In this document: one piece after another, positions 47,625 to 55,783 of the stretch | How positions within the stretch are numbered: position 1 is the first letter of the stretch | How the letters are laid out: each line of letters starts with the position of its first letter | Assembly (NCBI GenBank): GCA_964482955.1 | Contig: CAYZZW010000006.1 | Span: 2,585-66,584 of the forward strand | Source of the DNA: an uncultured Treponemataceae bacterium | GTDB taxonomy: Bacteria; Spirochaetota; Spirochaetia; Treponematales; UBA12059 | Direction of reading: 5' to 3' | DNA: 64,000 nucleotides | Program-made: the position numbers and the translations under genes | The notes under the pieces: generated by a model | What the model saw: only the letters and a program-made list of their open reading frames with translations | Databases searched by the model: none | What the model was told of the DNA's origin: nothing

Positions 47625-48481
47625 TGCGACAGTTCGTGCTGCCCCCGGAATATTCCGGGGGCGACGTCCTCGTCCTGACGGGGGACCGCGCCCGCTACTT
47701 GCGGAAGGTCCTCCGCCTCGGCCCGGGCGACCGCTTTCCCGGCATCGACGAACGGGGCCATCGCTACGAACTCGAGATCGCCGACGCCGACCGCGCGCGG
47801 GTCCGCCTTCGCGTCCGGCCCGCGAACGCGGCCAGCGCCTCGGGCGGCGCCGCCGACGGCGCGGTCTTCCTCGCCGACGTCCGACCGGGAACCGCGGCAA
47901 GCGCGACCGGCGCGACGAACGGCATCACCGCCCCGACGGGCGAACCGGTCCGCATCACGCTCGCGCAGTGCCTGCCCAAAGGCCCCAAAATGGACCAGAT
48001 CGTGCGCCAGGCCGTCGAGGCGGGCGTCGAGCGGATCGTCCCCGTCCTGTCGTCGCGCTCCGTGGCCACGGGCGACGAAGGCCCCGGCCGCCTCGAGCGC
48101 TGGCGGCGCGTCGCGCGCGAAGCCGTCCAGCAGTCGGGCTCGGGCGCCGCGCCGACCGTCGACGCGCCCGTCCCCCTCGCCCGGCTCGCGGACGCGCTCG
48201 GCCCCGCCGCCGACGGCGAGCTCCGCCTCTTCCTCCACGAGCTTCCCCTTGCCAGCGCCACGCTCCACCGGTATTGTACGGTACCGCCCCGATCCGTCGT
48301 CCTCTGCGTCGGCCCGGAAGGCGGACTGTCATCCGAAGAGACCTCGCTCCTCGAGGCGGCGGGCTGGAAACCGCTCTGGCTCGGCCCGACCGTGCTGCGC
48401 GCGGAAACGGCCCCCATCTTCGCCGTCGGAGCCCTCCGGATGATCCTCCTGGAGCGTGCATCATGGACACCGAACGCATAA
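47624..48481 (+). CDS. rsmE: 16S rRNA (uracil1498-N3)-methyltransferase RsmE
   Basis: 285 aa. LAQCLPKGPKMDQIVRQAVEAGV, VGPEGGLSSEE, LGPTVLRAETA. Confidence 0.88.
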   Translation: MRQFVLPPEYSGGDVLVLTGDRARYLRKVLRLGPGDRFPGIDERGHRYELEIADADRARVRLRVRPANAASASGGAADGAVFLADVRPGTAASATGATNGITAPTGEPVRITLAQCLPKGPKMDQIVRQAVEAGVERIVPVLSSRSVATGDEGPGRLERWRRVAREAVQQSGSGAAPTVDAPVPLARLADALGPAADGELRLFLHELPLASATLHRYCTVPPRSVVLCVGPEGGLSSEETSLLEAAGWKPLWLGPTVLRAETAPIFAVGALRMILLERASWTPNA

Positions 48482-49209
48482 AACGCGTTTCCATACTGAA
48501 AGTGCCCGTCGACATCCTCGCCGAAGAGGACATCGAGGACGTCGTCAAGTCGATGTTCTCGGACGGCCGCAACCACCAGATCGTGCTGCTTTCGCTGTGG
48601 GACCTCATGAAGGCCCGCCGCTTCGCGGACTTCCGCACCATGATCAACGGCGCGTCCCTCGTCATCCCCATCTCCTCGGCCATCGTGAAGGCGGCGAGGT
48701 TCCTGAAGCGCGCGGAACCGGTGCGCTACCAGCCCTTCGACTTCGTCATCAAGCTGCTCAACGTCCTCGACCGCTGGAACAAGACGGTGTACCTCTTCGG
48801 CGGCACGCGGAAGACGCTCGCCAAGGCGGAGCGCAACCTGCGCGACACCTACCCGAACGTCCGCATCGTCGGCCGCTACCACGGCTGGTATCCGAAGGCG
48901 ATGGAACCCGCCATCGTCGAGGCCGCGCGCAAGGCCACGCCCACGCTCCTCCTCGTCGGCCAGGGCGTGCCCGGCCGCGAACGCTGGATCCCGCGCGCCA
49001 TGAAAGCCTTCAACTCCGGCCTCTACCTCTGGTGCTCCGACCTCTTCGACGTCTTCGCCGAGCGCAGCCCGAAGCCCTCGCGTGCGCTCTTCGACAAGGG
49101 ACTCGAGTGGCTGCCCTACACCGCGCGCCACCCGTGGAAGGCGGTCCGCTTCCTCACCTTCCTGCGCTTCAAGTTCCTGTTGCTTTGGTACCGCATCCGC
49201 GGGCTGTGA
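48463..49209 (+). CDS. WecB/TagA/CpsF family glycosyltransferase
   Basis: 248 aa from MDTERIKRVSILKVPVD. VYLFGG...LLLVGQGVPGRERW pattern. Overlaps the rsmE end by 19 nt. Confidence 0.8.
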   Translation: MDTERIKRVSILKVPVDILAEEDIEDVVKSMFSDGRNHQIVLLSLWDLMKARRFADFRTMINGASLVIPISSAIVKAARFLKRAEPVRYQPFDFVIKLLNVLDRWNKTVYLFGGTRKTLAKAERNLRDTYPNVRIVGRYHGWYPKAMEPAIVEAARKATPTLLLVGQGVPGRERWIPRAMKAFNSGLYLWCSDLFDVFAERSPKPSRALFDKGLEWLPYTARHPWKAVRFLTFLRFKFLLLWYRIRGL

Positions 49210-49340
49210 CGCCAAGGATATTTTGCCACGGAGCGAAGCTTAGCGAGTACCCGAGCGTTGGCGCAGAGACACACAGGAAGACGAGAGAGTAAAAACTCGC
49301 GAACCATACGCGCCGAATATGCGCTGTTCGGCAGGGGCGT

Positions 49341-50396
49341 TTACCGGAACGCGGGCAACTTTTCGAAGAGCGCGGGCAAGTAAGCTTCAAAGGACTGACC
49401 ACTCGTTTCGTATCCTTCGAGAAGTTCGTAGAACGGCTTCACGAGCGTCAGTCCGCCCTTCGTCTCCCGCTCCGCGTCGCCGGCGCTCCTCTGAAACATG
49501 CGGTTGTCCAAAGCCCGGACCAGGCACTCGTAGGCGAACACGTCCACGCTTCCGTAGGAGCGCCTGAGCGGGCCGTTCTTCCTTGCGTCGAAATACGCAG
49601 CGAGCTTTGGCTTGAACGGCCGGTACGCGGCCACGACGAGTCCGTTGACGTACGAATGCAGGTACTCGTGGGCGTTCAAGCCGTTCGAGTGGCTGCCGGG
49701 GCTCTCGACGCTGTAGCGGTACTTTTCGAATTCGGCGCCGATCGCGCTGTAATGTTCGTCGAGCAGATTCGGGACATTGGCGATCACGTACGTGTCCGGC
49801 CTCGGCGCGCGCAGGTACGCCCATACCGCGCGGAGATCGGCGGATACCCGCCCGGCGTCGTACGAGGCTATTTCCTCGAGGTACGCGGGTTTCACTTCGT
49901 TCCACACGGTTTCGAGTCCGGCCTTTTCCCAGAAATCGTTGAGCAGAGCCGGGAAACCGGCAAGGCGCGCGAGCGCGTGCGGGTAGCCGTACTCCGCGTT
50001 CGGCCGTATCCGCCTGAAGGGATGGTCGGAGCTGAGACCCAGCGCGTAATCCTGGTAATGGAACGGGTACAGACCGACCCGGTCGTACCAGCGCTTCCAT
50101 TCGGCCGTTTTTTCCGGACAGGCGGCCAGGTTCGCGGCCACCCGTTCGCGCACGAGCGCGCGTACCGGATGCATCGCCTCGCCCTCGGCTTCGTCGTCGA
50201 AGCCCATGGCGTTCGCGAACGCCATGACGGCGAACACGCGCCGGTCGGCCACCGCGATGAAATCCGCGTTGCCGACGATTTCGTCCGCATGCTCGAACCG
50301 TACGGGTTCGACGAGTTTTTCGTCGAACGGCGCGGGTCCGCAGGCGGCCAGAATGGTCGTCATCGCACAAACAAGCACGCGATCTTTTTTCGTCAC
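49341..50396 (-). CDS. lipoprotein with HExxH motif (putative metallopeptidase-like)
   Basis: 351 aa from GTG (VTKKDRVLVCAMTTILAAC lipobox). NAHEYLHSYVNG contains HEYLH. Start uncertain. Confidence 0.6.
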   Translation of the reverse strand: MTKKDRVLVCAMTTILAACGPAPFDEKLVEPVRFEHADEIVGNADFIAVADRRVFAVMAFANAMGFDDEAEGEAMHPVRALVRERVAANLAACPEKTAEWKRWYDRVGLYPFHYQDYALGLSSDHPFRRIRPNAEYGYPHALARLAGFPALLNDFWEKAGLETVWNEVKPAYLEEIASYDAGRVSADLRAVWAYLRAPRPDTYVIANVPNLLDEHYSAIGAEFEKYRYSVESPGSHSNGLNAHEYLHSYVNGLVVAAYRPFKPKLAAYFDARKNGPLRRSYGSVDVFAYECLVRALDNRMFQRSAGDAERETKGGLTLVKPFYELLEGYETSGQSFEAYLPALFEKLPAFR

Positions 50397-50538
50397 TTGA
50401 TTCCCTCTCAATGCGGAGTCCGGAACGCCGCGAAACAATAACGTTTGAAGCACGGGTACGCAAATCCCGTCTTTGACGAAGACGGACGCAAGCCGTAGCA
50501 TGAATACCTTCCTATTAAAAAAAGGCGCGCTTTGCGTG

Positions 50539-50568
50539 TCGACTTGCCAAGCAAGGTATCAGTATAAT
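50539..50568 (+). promoter_or_regulatory. sigma70-like promoter (TATAAT) upstream of 50638 gene
   Basis: TATAAT at 50563-68 with tcgact/TTGCCA candidates upstream. About 60-nt GC-rich leader with gcgcacg/cgtgcgc pairing. Confidence 0.5.
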
Positions 50569-50637
50569 CTGCGGGCGCACGACCCGGACCGCGGCCTCTC
50601 CCGCGCGCCCTCATCGCGTGCGCGGGGAGTGCCCACG

Positions 50638-51129
50638 ATGAAACGAACCGCCATCGCCCTCGTCACGCTGCTCGCGGGAGGGATTCTCTTCGCGCAAGCC
50701 GAAATCAAGGCGTTCCCGCTGCGGGACGCCGCGAGCGGAAAGACCACCCTGTTCGCGAACGATCTGACCGTCGAGTCCGCGACCGCGATCCTCGAAACCT
50801 GGGGCTATTCCGCGAAGCCGCTCGTCGGCACCTGGTACCGCGTCCGCAAGGGCGAAATCGTCGCGGCGGAGATCGGCTTTTCGGCCGCGGGAACCCTCGA
50901 GCAGATCAACCTGCTCTCGCCGGACCTCGCGTTCGAGACCATCGTCGTGGGCGCCCGGCTCGTCGACTATTCCAACTACTACAAGGTCCAGGATTTCGAC
51001 GACACGCTCGGCTACATCTCCGTGCCCGTCTACGTCGGCACCGAGGCGAAGTACGCCTGCCGCGCGAAGTGCTTCCTCACGAACGGGCGCATCACGCAGA
51101 TCCGCGCCAACTTCGCGAACCTGCGCTGA
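50638..51129 (+). CDS. secreted protein of unknown function
   Basis: 163 aa. Signal peptide MKRTAIALVTLLAGGILFAQA. GGGGAG SD. Confidence 0.7.
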   Translation: MKRTAIALVTLLAGGILFAQAEIKAFPLRDAASGKTTLFANDLTVESATAILETWGYSAKPLVGTWYRVRKGEIVAAEIGFSAAGTLEQINLLSPDLAFETIVVGARLVDYSNYYKVQDFDDTLGYISVPVYVGTEAKYACRAKCFLTNGRITQIRANFANLR

Positions 51130-51140
51130 AGGCGATCGGC

Positions 51141-52010
51141 ATGACCCTCGACGTCCTCACGATCGACGCCTTTTCGAAAGACGGCCGCGGCGGCAATCCC
51201 GCGGGCGTCGTGGTCGACGCGGCCAGCCTCTCCGACGCGCAGATGGCCGACATCGCGCGGAAAGTCGGCTTTTCGGAAACGGCGTTCGTCCTGCCGTCGG
51301 ACCGCGCCACGTACCGGGTGCGTTTCTTCACGCCGGCGTCCGAGATCGACCTCTGCGGCCACGCCACCGTCGCCACGTGGTTCCTGCTCGCCAAGCTCGG
51401 CGGGGCGAAACCGGGCACCCACTCGCAAGAAACGAAAGCCGGACTCCTCGGCATCGAGATCCTGCCGGACGGGACCATTCTCATGGAGCAGGCGCTGCCG
51501 ACTTACTCGGAGCTTGTCGATCCGGCCGACGTCGCCGCGTCGCTCGGATTGCGGGCGACGGATCTGGCGGACGGGTTTCCCGTCCAAGTGGTGTCCACCG
51601 GCGTACGCGACGTCATCGTGCCCGTGAAGGACCACGACGCGCTTCTCCGCATCGCGCCCGACCTCAAGGCCGTCGCGCGGATCAGCGCGGCGCACCGCAC
51701 GAGTGGCTACCACGTCTTCACGCTCGACGCACGCCACGGCGGCACGGCGGCCTGCCGCAACTTCGCCCCGCTCGAGGGCATCGACGAGGAAGCCGCCACC
51801 GGCACCGCGTCGGGCGCCCTGTCCTGCTACCTCCACGCGTACCGCGAAACGCTCCGCGACGGGATGCGTGACCGCGTGTTCGAGCAGGGCTGGGGCATGA
51901 ACAGGCCGTCGGAAATCAAGTCGCGCCTCGAGTTCATGGACGGCGCCGTGACGCGCGTCGTCGTCGGCGGCGTCGCGGCGAACCAAGGCTCGAAGCGCGT
52001 CAGTATCTGA
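51141..52010 (+). CDS. PhzF family isomerase-like protein
   Basis: 289 aa. DAFSKDGRGGNPAGVV, GFSETAFV, RFFTPASEIDLCGHATVA. Confidence 0.88.
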   Translation: MTLDVLTIDAFSKDGRGGNPAGVVVDAASLSDAQMADIARKVGFSETAFVLPSDRATYRVRFFTPASEIDLCGHATVATWFLLAKLGGAKPGTHSQETKAGLLGIEILPDGTILMEQALPTYSELVDPADVAASLGLRATDLADGFPVQVVSTGVRDVIVPVKDHDALLRIAPDLKAVARISAAHRTSGYHVFTLDARHGGTAACRNFAPLEGIDEEAATGTASGALSCYLHAYRETLRDGMRDRVFEQGWGMNRPSEIKSRLEFMDGAVTRVVVGGVAANQGSKRVSI

Positions 52011-52015
52011 ACGAC

Positions 52016-52047
52016 GCGATCAAGCCGGCGCGCCGTGACTTGATCGC
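52016..52047. terminator. 9-bp-stem hairpin between convergent genes
   Basis: gcgatcaag (52016-24) / cttgatcgc (52039-47). No T run. Confidence 0.4.
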
Positions 52048-52049
52048 CG

Positions 52050-52442
52050 TCAGGCGGGCGTACCGGCGTGCTCCACGAACTGGATCTTGAGCCCGTTCGG
52101 GTCGAGCGCGTAGAAGAATTTGATGCTCGGGTTCGGCGAGAAGGGCCCCGAGTGGATGGCGACGCCCTTCGCCTTCAAGTCGGCCATGGCCGCGTCCGCC
52201 GACTCCACGACGAAACCGAGCGAGATATCGGCGCCGTACGAGGGATTCGCGTTCTTGTCGTTGCGGATCAGCTCCACCTGTGTCCCGCCCGCCTTGCCAA
52301 GGAACGCGATTTCGGCGCCCGGCATCGGTTTCATCGTCCGGTGCACGGGCAAGCCCACGACGTCGCGATAGAACGCGAGCGATTTCTCCATGTCCTTCAC
52401 GTTGATCGTCACCCAGCAAAAATCCATATCGTCCTCTTTCAT
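52050..52442 (-). CDS. VOC/glyoxalase I family protein
   Basis: 130 aa. CWVTINVKDMEKSLAFYRDVVGL. Start ATG overlaps the upstream stop (ATGA). Confidence 0.85.
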   Translation of the reverse strand: MKEDDMDFCWVTINVKDMEKSLAFYRDVVGLPVHRTMKPMPGAEIAFLGKAGGTQVELIRNDKNANPSYGADISLGFVVESADAAMADLKAKGVAIHSGPFSPNPSIKFFYALDPNGLKIQFVEHAGTPA

Positions 52443-53596
52443 TCGAGCGGCACGTAGCCGGTCGCTTCCACGAGATATTGGCCTTCGTCCGAAAGGATCC
52501 ACTCGACGAACGAACGCGTCGCAGCCGACTCGTTCCCGAGGGTGATCGCGTAGAACTCCGACGAGTAGGGGTAGCTGCCGTCCCGGATGGTTTCTTTCGA
52601 CGGGGCGACGCCGTCGATCGCGAGCAGCTTGATGTCGCCGTTCTTCACCATCTGCGTCGAGTAAAAGAGGAACGAATAGCCGAGGGCGTTCCGGAAGTTC
52701 CGGTAATTCGCCGTCCGCTCGATGATCCCGCCCATGCCGGCGATCACGTCCTCTTTCAAGGGCTCGATCAGCGTTTCGCCGTCCATGATCTTCTGCAGCA
52801 TCGTCTGGCTGCCGCTGCCTTCCGGCCGTTGGAACACCTTGATCGCTTCCGGGCGTCCCCCGAACGTCTTCCAATTCACGGACTCGCCCGAATAGATCGA
52901 CACGATGTCCTTCGACGATAACCCGTCCACGGGATTTCGCCGATTCACGAAGAAAACGAAGGCTTCCTTGCCGATCGCCGTCTTATTGAAGGTTTTTCCC
53001 ATAGCCTGCGCCGCCTCTGCCTGCTTCGCGGACGGCCGGGCGCAGAAGATGAGTTCCACCCTACCGTTCAGAAGGTTTTCGTAGGCGGTCGGAGTGGTCG
53101 TGCACTGCACCGCGCTGTCTCGGGGATTGTAGTCGCCTTCGGGATAGACGGCGTTCGCGAAGGCGGCGTAGAGGGGATACAGGGCGGTGGCGCCGTCCAG
53201 CCTCGGCGCGTCCGGACCAAGCCGCAGGGACGCCGGCTTTTTGAGGACGGCCGCGCGCGTGCCCGCCTTGAACGGCATGTACTCGCGGAGGTCGACATCC
53301 CCGTCGCTCACGACCGGGATCGAGGCGACGTACGCGTCGCGCGCGAACACCCCGCCGACGACGCCGGCACAGAGGACGAACAAGACCACCGTCGCCAGGA
53401 TGCCCATACGATTCCTATAACACCAACAAAACAGGAACGCCACCGCGGCCAACCAGGCCGCTACCACGAACCACGAGACGAACGGCCGCTTTGTCAAAAG
53501 CGTCAGCAACCACAGCAGCAGCCCGCCGTAGCTGATCGCCGCGACCGCCGCCATGGTGACGAGCGCCTTGATCAAACCCGCGATTTTTTTGTCCAT
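52439..53596 (-). CDS. membrane-anchored PstS-like (type 2 periplasmic binding fold) protein
   Basis: 385 aa from MDKKIAGL (AAGGAG 6 nt upstream; the track GTG at 53617 is rejected). Three N-terminal TM helices, then a PBP-like domain (GATALYPLY...GSGSQ...). Confidence 0.75.
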   Translation of the reverse strand: MDKKIAGLIKALVTMAAVAAISYGGLLLWLLTLLTKRPFVSWFVVAAWLAAVAFLFCWCYRNRMGILATVVLFVLCAGVVGGVFARDAYVASIPVVSDGDVDLREYMPFKAGTRAAVLKKPASLRLGPDAPRLDGATALYPLYAAFANAVYPEGDYNPRDSAVQCTTTPTAYENLLNGRVELIFCARPSAKQAEAAQAMGKTFNKTAIGKEAFVFFVNRRNPVDGLSSKDIVSIYSGESVNWKTFGGRPEAIKVFQRPEGSGSQTMLQKIMDGETLIEPLKEDVIAGMGGIIERTANYRNFRNALGYSFLFYSTQMVKNGDIKLLAIDGVAPSKETIRDGSYPYSSEFYAITLGNESAATRSFVEWILSDEGQYLVEATGYVPLE

Positions 53597-53607
53597 CCCG
53601 AGCTCCT

Positions 53608-54315
53608 TCAATCCCACAGTCGCGGACGCGACAGGTATTCGTAGTCCGCGAGCGCGGCGACATCCTTCCGCCGTTCCGCAAGCGTACCGATAACCGATTC
53701 CGAATAAATATCATACAGGGGCAAGTCGTACTTCGCGCTCGCGTTGCGGAAGCCGTCCGCCTCGAACACGAACACGTTCGGCACCAGGACGTCGCGCTCG
53801 GCGCCGTAGCGGCGGTCGAAGCAGACGAACGCAGTCCCGTCGTCGATCTTCACGAACGATTCGAGACCGGAGAAAAACGATTCCAGGTGACGGACTCGGA
53901 CCGAATCGCCCTCCCCTTCAACCCAATCGAACATCTCGATCGACGTGCCTTTTCCGCAGGCGCTTCCGCTGATGCCGTAGACGACGGTCGCTTTCCCGAA
54001 GAGCGCGACGCTCTCGAAGCCCATGCCGAAACGAGAGACATCGACGTCGATCACGATGCGACCACCTTCGCGGACGGTCAGACGATCGGAGTAGTCGTCG
54101 TAGTCGGTGAGGATTTCGTACGTCAGGGCGCCCCGCCGCGCGGTACGGAGGATGCCGTTGTCGAGAAATCGCTCGTCGTACGCGAGCGCCGCGCGCGCCA
54201 TCGGCTCGAATCGGCCGACGATCGCGGCGATGTAGGCGCGGAGATCCATCGACTCATCCGCGTGAGCCAGGGCGGCGGAGGCGCACAGGAGGAATAACGC
54301 AAGGCATCGCTTCAT
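53608..54315 (-). CDS. secreted protein of unknown function
   Basis: 235 aa. Signal peptide MKRCLALFLLCASAALAHA. Confidence 0.65.
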   Translation of the reverse strand: MKRCLALFLLCASAALAHADESMDLRAYIAAIVGRFEPMARAALAYDERFLDNGILRTARRGALTYEILTDYDDYSDRLTVREGGRIVIDVDVSRFGMGFESVALFGKATVVYGISGSACGKGTSIEMFDWVEGEGDSVRVRHLESFFSGLESFVKIDDGTAFVCFDRRYGAERDVLVPNVFVFEADGFRNASAKYDLPLYDIYSESVIGTLAERRKDVAALADYEYLSRPRLWD

Positions 54316-54443
54316 CGAGAAACCATGATGACCGCATGCGCATGACCGCGCAAGATCCCGCGCGACCGAAATCGCGTCCGCCGCGCCCGGTCTTGGCCGC
54401 ATTCTCCGCACAGTGCATCTTCCATATCCTTCACGCGCGGCGC

Positions 54444-54478
54444 TTGCGGACGGCAGCGGCGGCGTGTATCGTGTCGGC
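54444..54478 (+). promoter_or_regulatory. sigma70-like promoter abutting the sbcD ATG (leaderless-type)
   Basis: TTGCGG (54444-49), 17 nt, TATCGT (54467-72), 6 nt, ATG 54479. Confidence 0.55.
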
Positions 54479-55783
54479 ATGCGCATTTTGCACTGCTCGG
54501 ACTTGCACATCGGAAAGACGCTCTGCGACCACGACCTCCTGCCCGACCAGTCGATCGCGCTCAAGCGGATCGCCGAGATCGCGCGGGAGGAACGCGCGGC
54601 CGCCGTCGTCGTCGCGGGCGACGTGTTCGACCGCAGCGTGCCCTCGCCGGAGGCGGTCAGGCTGTTCGGCGCCTTCCTCGCCGACCTCCGCTCGGGCGCC
54701 GAGCCGCCCGAGATCGTGATCATCCCAGGCAACCACGATTCGGCCGCGCGGGTCGGCTACTGTTCCGAAGTACTGGCCCCGGCGGGCGTGCACGTGCGCG
54801 CGGACCCGGAGCGCTCGGGCGAGCCCGTGATCGTCGAACGCGGCGGCGAACGCTGCGCGATCTGGGCGATCCCCTTCCTGGCGCCCGGCGCCTTCGACGC
54901 GCATGACCCGGCGCCGGTCGCTGCCGAACCGACGACCGAGACGGCAGCGGGCGTTGCGGTCCCGGCAAAGACGGCGGCCGATAAAGCGCGATCCGACGGC
55001 CAAGCCGACCTCTTCACGGAGCTCGTGCGAAACACAGCACCCGAAAAGCCGCGAACAGAGACCGAACCGATCAAGCCGCGCATCCGCGGGCAGGCGGAAC
55101 TCTTCGCCGAAGCCGTGGCGATGACGAAGCCCGGCGCGGATCCGAAAACGATCGACGTCCTCGTGTGCCACGTCTTCGCGTCCGGCGCCTTCGCGAGCGA
55201 ATCCGAGCGGCGCTTCCTCGGCAGCGCCGAGGCGGTCGATCCCGCGCTCTTCGATCCGTTCGACTACGCCGCGCTCGGCCACTTGCACGCCCGTCAGGAA
55301 GCCGGCGCGAAGGGCCGCTACGCGGGCACGCCGCTCGCCTACGCGTTTTCCGAAGCCGACCGCGTCAAATCGGTGTCGGTGGTCGACGTGACGAAAGGAT
55401 CGTTCGCCGAGCGGGCCGTGCCCATACGACCGCCGCGCGCGCTCAGGCGGATCCGCGGCCACTTCGCCGAGCTCGTCGACGGCGCCGCCGACGCAACCCT
55501 CGCGGAAGCGTACGTCGAAGCCACGTTGACCGATCCCGCGCCCGTGCTCGGGGCGGCCGAAGGACTCAGGCGCGTCTATCCTTTCCTCCTCTCGGTGAAG
55601 CAGGAGTGCATGGAAGCGGTCACGACGACCGTCGAGGCGGCGACGCGACCCGCGGAGGAAGCCTGGGACATCCTCGACGACTTCCGCGCCTTCCATAAGG
55701 CGATCTACGGCGACGATCCGGACGCGGACGCGCTCGCGCTCTTCGACGCCCTGCGCGGGGAGGCCGAGCATGCGACCGCGTAG
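54479..55783 (+). CDS. sbcD: exonuclease SbcCD, nuclease subunit D
   Basis: 434 aa. MRILHCSDLHIGK, AGDVFD, GNHD, GHLH. Confidence 0.9.
   Translation: MRILHCSDLHIGKTLCDHDLLPDQSIALKRIAEIAREERAAAVVVAGDVFDRSVPSPEAVRLFGAFLADLRSGAEPPEIVIIPGNHDSAARVGYCSEVLAPAGVHVRADPERSGEPVIVERGGERCAIWAIPFLAPGAFDAHDPAPVAAEPTTETAAGVAVPAKTAADKARSDGQADLFTELVRNTAPEKPRTETEPIKPRIRGQAELFAEAVAMTKPGADPKTIDVLVCHVFASGAFASESERRFLGSAEAVDPALFDPFDYAALGHLHARQEAGAKGRYAGTPLAYAFSEADRVKSVSVVDVTKGSFAERAVPIRPPRALRRIRGHFAELVDGAADATLAEAYVEATLTDPAPVLGAAEGLRRVYPFLLSVKQECMEAVTTTVEAATRPAEEAWDILDDFRAFHKAIYGDDPDADALALFDALRGEAEHATA

Noticed and set aside
53597-53617. GTG start at 53617 for the PstS-like gene
   Set aside because: The ATG at 53596 has AAGGAG at ideal spacing, and the GTG would overlap the upstream gene.
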